From: Escherichia phage vB_EcoM_50EP
Sequence record: OR472545.1
Direction: 5' to 3' (one strand)
DNA length: 50,636 nt
Both the position numbers and the translations under genes were made by a program. Below, in pieces: positions 18,909-28,714 of the stretch (its first letter is position 1; each line of letters opens with the position of its first letter). The notes beneath the pieces were generated by a model. That model ran no database searches and was not told the DNA's origin. It saw nothing but the letters and a program-made list of their open reading frames with translations.

Positions 18909-21241
18909 ACCAGAACAGCTTGAAGTGATCCCGCGTTAGTGACGCTTATTTTATACCTCTTGGTTCCATCAGGTGTCCAAACGATAACGCCACCATTCGC
19001 CTTATCTATACTAACATCCTCAATAAATGGCGTGCTCATTGATGGGTTAATGTACCCGCTTGGCGCGTAGTTTGCTGCCTTCATGAAGCATCTGCATATA
19101 GGGAAAACACCACTGCTTGATGTTGTAATTCCATTAACAGATAGCACCATGTATGAAGCCGAGTTAGCCTCAATGTGACCAGTTATGAATGTATTAGCCT
19201 TTGTTGAATCTATAGATCTGTCAAAAATCACTGAATTAGACGCATTGTATATTCTTAACCTCAAGTTATATGAATTTGCCCATGTTAGTTCACCAAAAGT
19301 AAACCCAGCAAACCTAACGTTACTTGCCGAAGGGAAGTTAACTCTCAACTCAAAGCTGTCACCATTTGATAAAACTGGCGTTGTAGCTATATCACCAATC
19401 AGAGGTGAAAACATTCTTCCGGCGTTAGTAAGAGAAGACGACGATCCATTTACGGTAAGGGAAACTGTAGTAGGGTTCGTAAGTCTTCTTATTGAATACA
19501 GTAAGCAATCATCAGCAACAGCAATGTAGTGATTCGTTAATGGACTATGCGTATTCGCTGCAGTGTCCTCGGGTATGAAGTTCTGCGTTAGCGCACCTGG
19601 TTGTATTACCCTATTTTGCCCCTGAAACCTTTCAAACATCCACGTACCATATCTGTCGCAAGATCTGTTTGTCGACTCCGTGTTAAGACCAGTTACCTGA
19701 ACCACATTATCCCTGGGCTGCGAAAATCCAACAGAAGGATTAGCTAGCGTATTACTGGTGTAATCAAAAACTACAACAGGAACCTTAACTGTGTTAGGCA
19801 AGTCCCAGGCATGGAAATTAAAGGTATTTTGCCTTCCAGAGCAAAAAACGTACTGCTCGGTTATTCCTGGGTACCACTGAATATCAGTGTTTGTATAAGT
19901 GTTAGCTGAAATTTCAACTTTCAAGCTACCGTTAGGTGAAGCTCCTGGGTTCTCAATCCTAATGTTGTATTTGCATCTGTTTGTTGTTATCTCATTAAAC
20001 TTATTCGAGTTGTTCCAGATCGTGTAGCCGTCGTCACTGTAAGCAACTTGAGTTATTGCTTTTTCAAACCCCTCAATGAACACTCTGTCAACTTTGTTCT
20101 TCCAGCAATATTCATTGGACTTCTCCTGCGTCTTACCCTCACCCCAACTGCCAGCTAAAAGACAAAGCCCCCTTCCGGTCATCTTTGTAACGTCAGTAAC
20201 TATTCCGAATGAGTCGTTTGTATAATCAATCCAGCCATTTGTGATCCTGATATCTGAAACTATGTTGTCTATGCAACCTACTGTTCTTCCATTTCTTGGG
20301 GAGTAAAGTATAACTGCCGTGCTCGTATAGTTTGCAAGAGATGCTGAGCGCCTAACTTCCCCGTTACCTATCAGCTTACTCTCCCTTGACAGGTGAAAGC
20401 CGTCAACATCAGCCATTATTTCAACAAGCCCATCAAGTTGAACATAAACACCAATTGGTACGTGAATCGTTCTGTTTATCTGGTAGTTACCCTTGAACCA
20501 CGCTCTTTTCTTTGTTGAAACAGACATAGAAAGGCAAGCGTCAATTCTTTCATTGTCGTCACTACCCGAAAATTGTTCAGGGGTTAGATAAACTGAATCA
20601 TATACATCTGACTGGCCAATCCCAACATAAGTTGCACCAATAGCAGATGAAAGGTCGTTCTTTTTTACCAGATTGTCAGTGTTTAAAGAGGCAGCTGCAT
20701 CTGCCGCTTCCTGTGCGGACGCCGCCGCAGAGTTCTTGCTGATTTCAGCGGATGAGGCGCTTTGTGCGGCTGCATTCTTATCTTCGGTTACTTTGGCGGA
20801 GTCAATTGAAACCTGGGTTCCAATAGTGACAACATCACTATGCTGCGTATTAACCTGTGAAACCTTTGCGTCAAAGTCATTTGCATCGAAGTTGTTGAAA
20901 GCATCAACAGCATCGGCAACCTCTGTTTCGCGTGACTGATAGTAACGCAGAGTCTCTGCAACATCCTGAGCTAAACCCTGAACAGTAATCCCATCGTGAG
21001 CAAGGATTGCGTAACCAGTTCCGGCAGGAACGGTTTCAGAATTAGGGTTATAAACATTAATCTGCGTATCGCTGATAATTTCTGAGATGGTGTAAATCTG
21101 TACTGGTTCAGTTTTAAATACGATGGTTGCACCAACTCTGATCAGTGTAAGAGGCGCCTTCCATGTTGTCCCGACGCCATTCACCTCGCCATTCGCGGCT
21201 AGAGATGCTGTTCCTAAGTCATAAATTGCCATAATAATCAA
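18905..21241 (-). CDS. side tail fibre / tailspike protein
   Basis: 778 aa, Ser/Thr/Asn/Gly-rich with Ala/Ser-rich coiled segment near N-terminus; AT-rich codon usage. Confidence 0.6.
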   Translation of the reverse strand: MIIMAIYDLGTASLAANGEVNGVGTTWKAPLTLIRVGATIVFKTEPVQIYTISEIISDTQINVYNPNSETVPAGTGYAILAHDGITVQGLAQDVAETLRYYQSRETEVADAVDAFNNFDANDFDAKVSQVNTQHSDVVTIGTQVSIDSAKVTEDKNAAAQSASSAEISKNSAAASAQEAADAAASLNTDNLVKKNDLSSAIGATYVGIGQSDVYDSVYLTPEQFSGSDDNERIDACLSMSVSTKKRAWFKGNYQINRTIHVPIGVYVQLDGLVEIMADVDGFHLSRESKLIGNGEVRRSASLANYTSTAVILYSPRNGRTVGCIDNIVSDIRITNGWIDYTNDSFGIVTDVTKMTGRGLCLLAGSWGEGKTQEKSNEYCWKNKVDRVFIEGFEKAITQVAYSDDGYTIWNNSNKFNEITTNRCKYNIRIENPGASPNGSLKVEISANTYTNTDIQWYPGITEQYVFCSGRQNTFNFHAWDLPNTVKVPVVVFDYTSNTLANPSVGFSQPRDNVVQVTGLNTESTNRSCDRYGTWMFERFQGQNRVIQPGALTQNFIPEDTAANTHSPLTNHYIAVADDCLLYSIRRLTNPTTVSLTVNGSSSSLTNAGRMFSPLIGDIATTPVLSNGDSFELRVNFPSASNVRFAGFTFGELTWANSYNLRLRIYNASNSVIFDRSIDSTKANTFITGHIEANSASYMVLSVNGITTSSSGVFPICRCFMKAANYAPSGYINPSMSTPFIEDVSIDKANGGVIVWTPDGTKRYKISVTNAGSLQAVLV

Positions 21242-21257
21242 CTCCTATATTGTTTTT

Positions 21258-21275
21258 TAGCACTAATTGCTAAAG
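21258..21275. promoter_or_regulatory. TAGCAC box (TAGCACTAATTGCTAAAG) in leader of minus-strand tail fibre gene
   Basis: 18-bp box 17 bp upstream of ATG at 21241; TACAAT-like hexamer further upstream. Confidence 0.4.
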
Positions 21276-21293
21276 TGCATTGTATCACAACAA

Positions 21294-21320
21294 AGGAATA
21301 AAAAAACCCGCCGTAGCGGG
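21294..21320 (-). terminator. rho-independent terminator of primase gene
   Basis: on minus strand CCCGCTACGGCGGG + T7. Confidence 0.55.
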
Positions 21321-21326
21321 TAATTG

Positions 21327-22268
21327 TTATGAATACTTATCTATCAGATCCTGCGGTGTATATAGCTTTCTCTCAAGTCCCATTTTGAAGTTTCCGCCGT
21401 TCGGCACTACAACTTTTAAATCACGTTCATCTGCCATGTAAAGCGTTCGCAAATCATCAGCCGGACACGCTACGCGCAACTCCCGATCGCCACGATAACG
21501 ATAAGCAACAATCTCAAGATTCTCAGGGGAGAAAGTCACCCACACTTCCTGACTGGTTGCTATCTTCACTCGGTATCCATCAACAAGGTCGCTTGTCATA
21601 TATATAGCTGCATCAGCCTCGCCACTACCCAGCTTAACCACTGATCCGCGAGAATAATCACGCGCAAGGAAAGTGTATTCGCCATTATCATAAGCAAACA
21701 TGACGTTACACATATCCTCATCAATTCCGTCGGGGTGGACCATGTAGCACGGCAGTGCGTGTATTAGCTCTTCAGTGCCATTCTGACGCACTTTTACGCC
21801 AACATCATATGAATCTTCGGTTAGGCACTCATACACGCTTAAATCAGTGCTCTCGCGCTTCTCTGTGCGCTCCATTACGGCTACACACGACTCATGATCC
21901 GCCATCTTGCCAAGCCCTTTCTCCGGTACGCGTGACGCCCTGCGGTAAGCCTTGGCTTTGTAATCCTGCGGAACCTTACCAAGGAATCGACCAAGGATGT
22001 TAATCACTTCACTGTAAGGCTCACCAGTCAGTTTCATCATCCAGCCGACGCCTTTATCGTTACCACATCCGTTACAGATCGCGCCGCCGTCACCAGGGGA
22101 ATCCAGTTCATCAGTCCACCGGAATCGGTCCTTGCCGCCGCAGTAAGGGCATGGCTGGTGCTTCTTATTGAACACGCCGGACTGCAAGCCACAAATGGAT
22201 TGTAACGCTTCACGCCATAATCCCTTCATATACGGCAGCACTTCTTCTTTCTGGAACATCTCGTTCAC
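21327..22268 (-). CDS. putative DNA primase (zinc-finger containing)
   Basis: CPYCGG...C..CG Cys cluster near N-terminus; location in replication module beside helicase. Confidence 0.45.
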   Translation of the reverse strand: MNEMFQKEEVLPYMKGLWREALQSICGLQSGVFNKKHQPCPYCGGKDRFRWTDELDSPGDGGAICNGCGNDKGVGWMMKLTGEPYSEVINILGRFLGKVPQDYKAKAYRRASRVPEKGLGKMADHESCVAVMERTEKRESTDLSVYECLTEDSYDVGVKVRQNGTEELIHALPCYMVHPDGIDEDMCNVMFAYDNGEYTFLARDYSRGSVVKLGSGEADAAIYMTSDLVDGYRVKIATSQEVWVTFSPENLEIVAYRYRGDRELRVACPADDLRTLYMADERDLKVVVPNGGNFKMGLERKLYTPQDLIDKYS

Positions 22269-22278
22269 TGTGTTTACT

Positions 22279-22311
22279 CCAATAAAAAAGGTTGCACCAA
22301 TTATGGCACAA
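22279..22311 (-). terminator. rho-independent terminator after HTH gene
   Basis: on minus strand GGTTGTGCCA-TAAT-TGGTGCAACC + T-run. Confidence 0.55.
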
Positions 22312-22320
22312 CCTTGATTG

Positions 22321-22803
22321 TTATTCTTTAGCTTTCCGTGCTGCTTCGTTTGCTGCTTTAATTTTTCGCCATGAGCGACATTCAGGCTTAGTGGCTAGTT
22401 CAGCCTCGGTGACGACGCGCAGCATGTGACGCTTTTTGCAACGCAGCGTTAGCGGCTTGCCGTTCCCGTCGAATTGCAGATCAGGGCGGCAGAATGTAGC
22501 GCGGAACCCTTCGCCAGTTCGCTTATATCGGTTGTGCGCCAGTTGAGCGCCGCGCGCCGACATCATGCCGCGCTTAAACCATTCCTCAACTGCCTGTCGA
22601 GTAACTTTTAATTGCTTCGCCATGTTCGCCTTGCTGCCGTAGAACTCAAACACAATATCAAGTCGCGCTCTTAATCCGGCCTTTACTTCATCCTTGAGAA
22701 CATAGTAACCTGACGGTCGTTTGCGCTGCTTCTTATCTTCCGTGCGGATAGTTCCGTTGTTACCGTTAAGAGTACGCTTATCATTTGCATTCATTTTCAT
22801 CAC
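22321..22803 (-). CDS. basic HTH DNA-binding protein (candidate transcription regulator)
   Basis: segment KANMAKQLKVTRQAVEEWFKRG resembles helix-turn-helix; Lys/Arg-rich; divergent from helicase promoter. Confidence 0.4.
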   Translation of the reverse strand: MMKMNANDKRTLNGNNGTIRTEDKKQRKRPSGYYVLKDEVKAGLRARLDIVFEFYGSKANMAKQLKVTRQAVEEWFKRGMMSARGAQLAHNRYKRTGEGFRATFCRPDLQFDGNGKPLTLRCKKRHMLRVVTEAELATKPECRSWRKIKAANEAARKAKE

Positions 22804-22808
22804 CTCAA

Positions 22809-22851
22809 TAGCACTTTTTGTTAAACATTGGTTTCGATGGTTGTTATTATA
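22809..22851 (+). promoter_or_regulatory. TAGCAC-box promoter cassette upstream of helicase, 6 bp from divergent HTH gene start
   Basis: TAGCACTTTTTGTTAAAC ... TATTAT ... TCGAACGAAC. Confidence 0.45.
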
Positions 22852-22887
22852 ACGTCAATCGAACGAACATGAAAGGCATTTAATACT

Positions 22888-24990
22888 ATGGCTATACGCA
22901 TTAAATCCATTAAAAAACAGATAGAAGAACTTGGCCCGCAAAAGATTAAAGAGATTCAGGATAAATTCACATTTGGCGACATGGTTCCTTATGAGTATCA
23001 GTGCGTAATGTATGACGAGATCGGCAAGCGCATTGCTCGCTATAAGCATCCATTCATCGTTAAGGCGTCGGTGTCGGCAGGTAAAACAATCGGCTTTGCC
23101 ATGATCGCATCGCGCGTCAAAGAGATGGGCTTGTCGATGATGATTCTTGCACGCCAGGGCGACATTGTTGCTCAGGATAGTGAAGAGATCTCAAACTTCG
23201 GCGTTCCTAACTCAGTTTATTGCGCTGGCCTGAACACGAAATCAGCTTACTTTCCTATCGTTGTAGGTTCGGAAGGTTCTGTTGCAAATGGTCTGTTTAA
23301 GGCGCTTGGTGACTTTACACCCATGGTTCTTGGGATTGATGAGTGCCACCAGGTGGATTGGGAAGACCTTGCCGCCGCCATCGACAACGAAGAAACGATC
23401 GAGATGATGCTAACTGAAAAAGATGAGCGCGTATTTGTTGACTACCCGAAAAACAGCGAAGGTTATGTCAATGGATACCTTGACGGCGTAGAGGTTGGCG
23501 TCCAGGTGATGGATAAGCAATTGCTGATAAGCCGGAAGACTGGCGAGCCTGTTCTTGGAACAAAACGAAGCCAGTACACGATCATAATCACTGAATTGAT
23601 GCGCCGCTGCAAAGAGAAGAACGGGAAGGAATTACGCATCTTCGGCATGACTGGTTCGGAGTTCAGAGGAACAGCGCCAATTGTTGTCGATAACCCTAAG
23701 CTGCCAGGATTCTGGCGTGAGCAGGTTACTAACATCGACACCAGCTACCTGATTGAGTTCGGCTCTGTTGTTCCAACAATCTTCGGAAGTGTCGGTGACG
23801 CTGGATATGATCTGGATGAGTTTAAGGCGTCAAGTCAGGATGGAACGGCTGACTTTGGTCAGAAAGAAATGAAGGCGATGGAGAAGAAAATCCATGATAA
23901 CGCCAGCATGACCAAGCGAATAATGGGAATGGTAGTCGAAGAGGCGAAGAAGCGAAACGGTGTACTGATTACGTGTTCAGGCCAGCGCCATTGCAAAGAG
24001 GCGGCGAGCTATCTGCCACCTGACGCTACCTATGAGATCATCACGGAGAAGACGAACACCAAAAAACGACAAGCGATACTGGAGGCGGCGAACCGTGGCG
24101 AGATCAAATACATATTCCAGGTGGTAGCGCTAACCACTGGCGTTAACGTTCCGTTTTGGGATTTTTCGGTAATCCTGCGCAAGATCGGCTCACTTACCCT
24201 GCTAATACAGTTGCTTGGTCGAGGTATGCGATTGCTTAAGCCGTGGCAAAAAGCGATGGGAATGGTGAAAGAAGATCACCTGGTATGGGATTTCGCTGGC
24301 ACGATGGATGAGCTTGGTCAGCTTTACTTCGATCCGATTCTTGAAGAGGCTCAGTACCAGCGCCGCTTTGATGGTAAGAAAGAGCCGAAAAAATGTGAAC
24401 TGTGCGGAACCGAGAACAGCTTTTACGCCCGCCGTTGCATTCACAGAGACGAAAACGGCAATCGTTGTGAGTATTTCTGGAAATCTCGAATCTGTGAAGA
24501 CCAGATTGATGATCGCACTGGTGAGGTGATTGTTAAGGGATGTGGCGCTGAGAATGACGTAGTGGCGAGAATATGCCGTTGCTGTGATGTGAGCCTGAAA
24601 GATCCCAATGATAATCTGACTGGTAAGGCTTACACCAAAAACGACTGGTGCACAGTGAATGGTTTTGAAGTAACGCTGACACGCAATCAGACTGGTATTC
24701 TTTATCGTTACGATCTGACAGATTCAGTTGGAGTTAATTTCATCGCGTATGAAAAGTTCTTCCCGCAGTCAACGGCACAGGTATGTCACACGATATGGAA
24801 ACAGAAAGGGGTGCTGCCTCATGTGCATGACAGTAAGATCGCAAAGTTAATGGCAGCTTACAGAAGTGCTAAAATGATTTTAAACAACGCTCACCACATA
24901 GCGCATCCAGTGCGGGTAACTCACCGCAAGAATGCAAAAGGTGAGGACATCATTTCACGTAAGGATTTTGGATTGGACGGTAACTTATGA
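22888..24990 (+). CDS. SF2 DNA helicase
   Basis: Walker A ASVSAGKT, DECH box (GIDECHQ), C-terminal Cys-rich zinc-ribbon-like segment. Confidence 0.7.
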   Translation: MAIRIKSIKKQIEELGPQKIKEIQDKFTFGDMVPYEYQCVMYDEIGKRIARYKHPFIVKASVSAGKTIGFAMIASRVKEMGLSMMILARQGDIVAQDSEEISNFGVPNSVYCAGLNTKSAYFPIVVGSEGSVANGLFKALGDFTPMVLGIDECHQVDWEDLAAAIDNEETIEMMLTEKDERVFVDYPKNSEGYVNGYLDGVEVGVQVMDKQLLISRKTGEPVLGTKRSQYTIIITELMRRCKEKNGKELRIFGMTGSEFRGTAPIVVDNPKLPGFWREQVTNIDTSYLIEFGSVVPTIFGSVGDAGYDLDEFKASSQDGTADFGQKEMKAMEKKIHDNASMTKRIMGMVVEEAKKRNGVLITCSGQRHCKEAASYLPPDATYEIITEKTNTKKRQAILEAANRGEIKYIFQVVALTTGVNVPFWDFSVILRKIGSLTLLIQLLGRGMRLLKPWQKAMGMVKEDHLVWDFAGTMDELGQLYFDPILEEAQYQRRFDGKKEPKKCELCGTENSFYARRCIHRDENGNRCEYFWKSRICEDQIDDRTGEVIVKGCGAENDVVARICRCCDVSLKDPNDNLTGKAYTKNDWCTVNGFEVTLTRNQTGILYRYDLTDSVGVNFIAYEKFFPQSTAQVCHTIWKQKGVLPHVHDSKIAKLMAAYRSAKMILNNAHHIAHPVRVTHRKNAKGEDIISRKDFGLDGNL

Positions 24991-25415
24991 TTACAGATAA
25001 AGGCGACTACCTGGAATATTACACTCCAGACAAATCGGATACATGGACCGAAAGCAAACACCAGATCGATTGCGTGACCTGGACTAAAGTTAGGCATGGT
25101 GATTTGCTGTTCTGGCACGCCGTTAATGAGAACAAGAAGCACATCCACACGGCGCTAAAGGATGCTCAGAGCGGGTTATTGAAAGGGGTTAGTGATTTTG
25201 TATTCCTTTTAGGCCCGTTCGGTAAATATCCGTTCGGGGCCATAGAATTGAAGCGCGTCAATAAGAGCGGGAAAGGAAAGGCATCACCAGTCAGCAAGGA
25301 GCAGAAAGATTTCCTCCGGCGTGTCCGAGAGCGCGGCGGGTTTGCGGCGGTGGCATACGGGCAGGAGGAATACAAGAAAGCCGTTGCTGATATGCTGAAT
25401 AGCACGAATTGCTAA
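24987..25415 (+). CDS. VRR-NUC domain nuclease
   Basis: 142 aa; pattern D..FLLGPFG...AIELK ... KEQKDFL consistent with VRR-NUC. Confidence 0.45.
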   Translation: MITDKGDYLEYYTPDKSDTWTESKHQIDCVTWTKVRHGDLLFWHAVNENKKHIHTALKDAQSGLLKGVSDFVFLLGPFGKYPFGAIELKRVNKSGKGKASPVSKEQKDFLRRVRERGGFAAVAYGQEEYKKAVADMLNSTNC

Positions 25416-25442
25416 AGACGAATCGGCGGGGTGGTGTATTAT
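25400..25442 (+). promoter_or_regulatory. TAGCAC-box promoter cassette
   Basis: TAGCACGAATTGCTAAAG ... TATTAT ... CATCGAAACGAAGT; box overlaps upstream stop codon. Confidence 0.45.
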
Positions 25443-25481
25443 CACCTCATCGAAACGAAGTAACCAACCAAGGAAATCAAA

Positions 25482-25754
25482 ATGAAAAAGTCAATCATCG
25501 CTCTACTGGCAGTTGTGGCAATGGCAGGTTGTGCAGAAGATACCAAGTTTTACGATTGCGGTAAGGAATCATTCACAGTAACCAAGTCGCAGATTGTTTC
25601 AGACAAGGGCGTTGTTATTGAGCGTGAAGGCGATCACTATGAACTGCAAACTTTCTTGGGGAAGGCGGTTTACAACGTGACTGAAAGTCAGGTCAAAGTT
25701 AGCGTCGGCGGGTTCGTCGCTGTTAATAACTGCAAAGTTACCGAGGTTAAATAA
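25482..25754 (+). CDS. lipoprotein
   Basis: signal peptide + lipobox MAGC. Confidence 0.5.
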   Translation: MKKSIIALLAVVAMAGCAEDTKFYDCGKESFTVTKSQIVSDKGVVIEREGDHYELQTFLGKAVYNVTESQVKVSVGGFVAVNNCKVTEVK

Positions 25755-25755
25755 G

Positions 25756-26484
25756 ATGATCGACTCAAACGACAAGGATACTCATGACGCATTCGTTAGC
25801 TTTGAGCAGATCGAGCGTGAAAATTTTGTTACTAATGCGCTTGTTCCTGGCAATGGTCATTACCAAGCGGTTAAGCCAGACACCTTCTATCAGGTAACTG
25901 GAAACAGATACGCAGGAAGTAAGACGCCTGACGCAGTGCGTGACCTTTGGGCCACTGATCGAGAAGTGATCTCATGGATGGAGTCGCGTTATGGGAAGTA
26001 TGACATTGACGCCGCCGCCAGCGCTAACAATGCTGTTTGCGAAAAGTTCTATAGCGAACAAGTGAACTGCCTAAAAATCTGGTGGGGTAGCAATAAGCAC
26101 ATCTGGCTTAATCCGCCGTACTCACATCCAGATCCTTTCGTGAAGAAAGCGATTGAGCAAATGGAGCACAACAATCAGATTGATATGTTGCTTCCTGGTG
26201 ATAACTCTACGGCATGGTTTGCCGAGGCCCGTCGCAACGCGGCTGAAATCATCTGGATTGAGACTGACATCACAGAGATTGACAGTCAGGAATATTGCCG
26301 GACGGGGCGGTTGGCATTCATCTCTGGACTGACCGGAAAGCCTGTCGATGGCAACAATAAAGGTAGCGTGATTTTTGTCATGCGAAAACTGAAAGAAGGC
26401 GAGACGCAGAAAACGACATACGTTAGCGTTGCCGATATTTGTCCTGGCGTAAGCCGCAAGAAACCACGTAAACGGAGTGTTTAA
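25756..26484 (+). CDS. dam: DNA N6-adenine methyltransferase (phage Dam family)
   Basis: NPPY motif (WLNPPYSHPD); about 240 aa as in T1-type Dam. Confidence 0.65.
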   Translation: MIDSNDKDTHDAFVSFEQIERENFVTNALVPGNGHYQAVKPDTFYQVTGNRYAGSKTPDAVRDLWATDREVISWMESRYGKYDIDAAASANNAVCEKFYSEQVNCLKIWWGSNKHIWLNPPYSHPDPFVKKAIEQMEHNNQIDMLLPGDNSTAWFAEARRNAAEIIWIETDITEIDSQEYCRTGRLAFISGLTGKPVDGNNKGSVIFVMRKLKEGETQKTTYVSVADICPGVSRKKPRKRSV

Positions 26485-26485
26485 G

Positions 26486-26701
26486 ATGAGCGTAAAATCA
26501 AGTAATCAATTTCATTTATTTCGTGCGATCGTTTGCGATGAGTTAACGAGTTCAGGGTTCAAAGGTAACGCGTGGTTATTCTCAGGTGATCTTGATATGT
26601 CATTTGATGAGTTGAAAGATCAGTCAGTATCATCATGGCGCGCTGCAATACGGAAAGACCTTGAAGACTATATGCTTGCTTGCCCCGAAGATTTTGCGTA
26701 A
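26486..26701 (+). CDS. hypothetical protein
   Basis: ATG 26486 with GGAG RBS right after dam stop. Confidence 0.35.
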   Translation: MSVKSSNQFHLFRAIVCDELTSSGFKGNAWLFSGDLDMSFDELKDQSVSSWRAAIRKDLEDYMLACPEDFA

Positions 26702-26744
26702 TAGCACGAATTGCTAAACATACCCGCCGCCGCGCGGGTATACT
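26702..26744 (+). promoter_or_regulatory. TAGCAC-box promoter cassette
   Basis: TAGCACGAATTGCTAAAC ... GGTATACTTCTTTCATACC hairpin. Confidence 0.45.
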
Positions 26745-26774
26745 TCTTTCATACCAACGAGACGAGGAATCACC

Positions 26775-27008
26775 ATGAAGAAGCAACCTTTTAGCACTTA
26801 CAACCAGCAGGCATACCGTAAAAATATTTTACTGCCGCACCTGCTTCGCATGGCTAATGAGTGCGCAAGTGAAGCGCTGTCGCTTGGTAAGGACGGCGGT
26901 CTTGACGAAGTGATTGCCGTTACTTATCTCAAGGGCGCTTATGGTCACTTGCCGATCGCAGACTATCAAGCTATGTCAGGGAGCTTTGACATTTATGGTA
27001 ACTGTTGA
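26775..27008 (+). CDS. hypothetical protein
   Basis: ORF with RBS GAGGAA. Confidence 0.35.
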   Translation: MKKQPFSTYNQQAYRKNILLPHLLRMANECASEALSLGKDGGLDEVIAVTYLKGAYGHLPIADYQAMSGSFDIYGNC

Positions 27009-27240
27009 GGTAGGTCGTCAGGCTGTTTGGGATCACTGCAAGGAGGCAGGCATAAGTGATGATATTGCTCTTATAGCAAAGTATTTCGATATTAAAGATA
27101 TATGCGTCATTTTCAACGGAAAGATGACGTATATACACGAAAGGCCACGTAAGCTGATCAGGGTTCCGGCAAATCCGGTGAAGATTGACTACAAGGCCTG
27201 CATTCAAGCAACGAAAGACGCAGCGAGAAGATATAAATGA
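26995..27240 (+). CDS. hypothetical protein
   Basis: ATG 26995 overlapping upstream stop; track N-terminal extension rejected. Confidence 0.3.
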   Translation: MVTVEVGRQAVWDHCKEAGISDDIALIAKYFDIKDICVIFNGKMTYIHERPRKLIRVPANPVKIDYKACIQATKDAARRYK

Positions 27241-27488
27241 ACTTACCAGGCCTTGATTTTGACGCTGACAAATATCCGACTTGCAGCAACAACAATGAGA
27301 CGTTCGCGATCATCCCTTTCGCTGACTGGTTGCCTTCTGACTTCGAAGATGTGCCATGTTCGCGCGGTGGCGGCTATCGCCTGATGTATTTTAGCCCTTC
27401 AACTGGTATGATGGTTCCCAGCGAATCAGAGAATGCAGGTAAAGCGGTTGAACCAGATACTTTAACAACATGGCTGAAAAAGATTTGA
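27237..27488 (+). CDS. hypothetical protein
   Basis: ATGA overlap with upstream ORF. Confidence 0.35.
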   Translation: MNLPGLDFDADKYPTCSNNNETFAIIPFADWLPSDFEDVPCSRGGGYRLMYFSPSTGMMVPSESENAGKAVEPDTLTTWLKKI

Positions 27489-27571
27489 TGCTCTGCTTAA
27501 TTCCTGTATTATTACCGCCGCTAATTGGTTTTATTATCATCTACTTACTAACAAGATAAGGATTTACAAAA

Positions 27572-28714
27572 ATGGCTATTCAAAAAATAAGTGACGAACA
27601 ATTCATTGCTGAGCGCGAAGCTGGTAAGACACTGCGTCAAATAGCCCAAGAATACGGGATGAACATTCGAACCGTTGAGCAGCGCTCAAGCCGCCTGGCA
27701 AAGCGCGGTGAGTTCCACGGAAATAAACACGTAAGCGTACACGTACCAGAGGGTTTTCAGGTTAAAGGTACATCAACTATGATTCGCGCTGACGGTTCTG
27801 AGGTTGTGCGCTGGGTTAAGACCGATCAGGACAAGGAGAAGTTAGCCGCCATGATGAATGCTGCAATTGAAGCATTCTGTGATGAACTACCACGCGCGGC
27901 GGCTCAGCCTATCCTTGGCGAACCTCACTACGATGAAAATCTCCTGGCGCTCTATCCGGTATTCGATCTTCATATTGGCGCGATGGCACACAAGCATGAA
28001 TGCGGTGAGAACTACAGCACCGACATCTCAGAGAAAGTACTGAAAAACTTCTTTGATTATTCTGTCGGCGTATCTCCGAAGGCTAAGAAAGCAGTCCTGT
28101 TAATCGGCGGTGACTTCCTTCACTCTGATGGCCTGGACGCAGTAACGCCTGCAAGCGGTCACGTACTGGATCAGGATAGTCGATACGCCAAGCTAGTTCA
28201 CGTTGCAATCCGTTCCGTACGCCGCGCGGTGGCGCTAATGCTGGATAAGCACGAAGAAGTCGAAATCCAGATCATTGAGGGCAACCATGACCAGGCGGGT
28301 ATGATTTGGCTTCGCGCGGCAATGGCAGCATACTTTGAAGATGAGGCGCGCGTAACGGTTGATGTTTCACCTATGATTCTTCACCGTACTAAGTGGGGTA
28401 AAACATTGCTGGGATACACTCATGGTCACACCATGAAGAAAGCAGATACTCGACTGGCGGCAATGGCTACTGACTTCCGCGAAGAGTTCGGTACGAGCAA
28501 ATATATTTACACTCACTCGGGGCACTGGCATCACCAGACGATCACAGAAGGCACGCTTGGTATTGATGAGGTTCACGGTCAGTTGGGCGCGAAAGATGCC
28601 TATGCTGCGCGCGGCGGTTGGCGTTCATATCGCCAGGCGGCGGTAATTGTCTACTCCAAGGAGTTCGGCGAAGTAGGTCGCTTCGTTTACCGTCCTGAAA
28701 TGAGCGACATCTAA
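27572..28714 (+). CDS. calcineurin-like metallophosphoesterase with N-terminal HTH-like segment
   Basis: phosphoesterase motifs DLH, GGDFLHSD, GNHD, GHTH, GHWHH; N-terminal GKTLRQIAQEYGMNIRTV. Confidence 0.6.
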   Translation: MAIQKISDEQFIAEREAGKTLRQIAQEYGMNIRTVEQRSSRLAKRGEFHGNKHVSVHVPEGFQVKGTSTMIRADGSEVVRWVKTDQDKEKLAAMMNAAIEAFCDELPRAAAQPILGEPHYDENLLALYPVFDLHIGAMAHKHECGENYSTDISEKVLKNFFDYSVGVSPKAKKAVLLIGGDFLHSDGLDAVTPASGHVLDQDSRYAKLVHVAIRSVRRAVALMLDKHEEVEIQIIEGNHDQAGMIWLRAAMAAYFEDEARVTVDVSPMILHRTKWGKTLLGYTHGHTMKKADTRLAAMATDFREEFGTSKYIYTHSGHWHHQTITEGTLGIDEVHGQLGAKDAYAARGGWRSYRQAAVIVYSKEFGEVGRFVYRPEMSDI

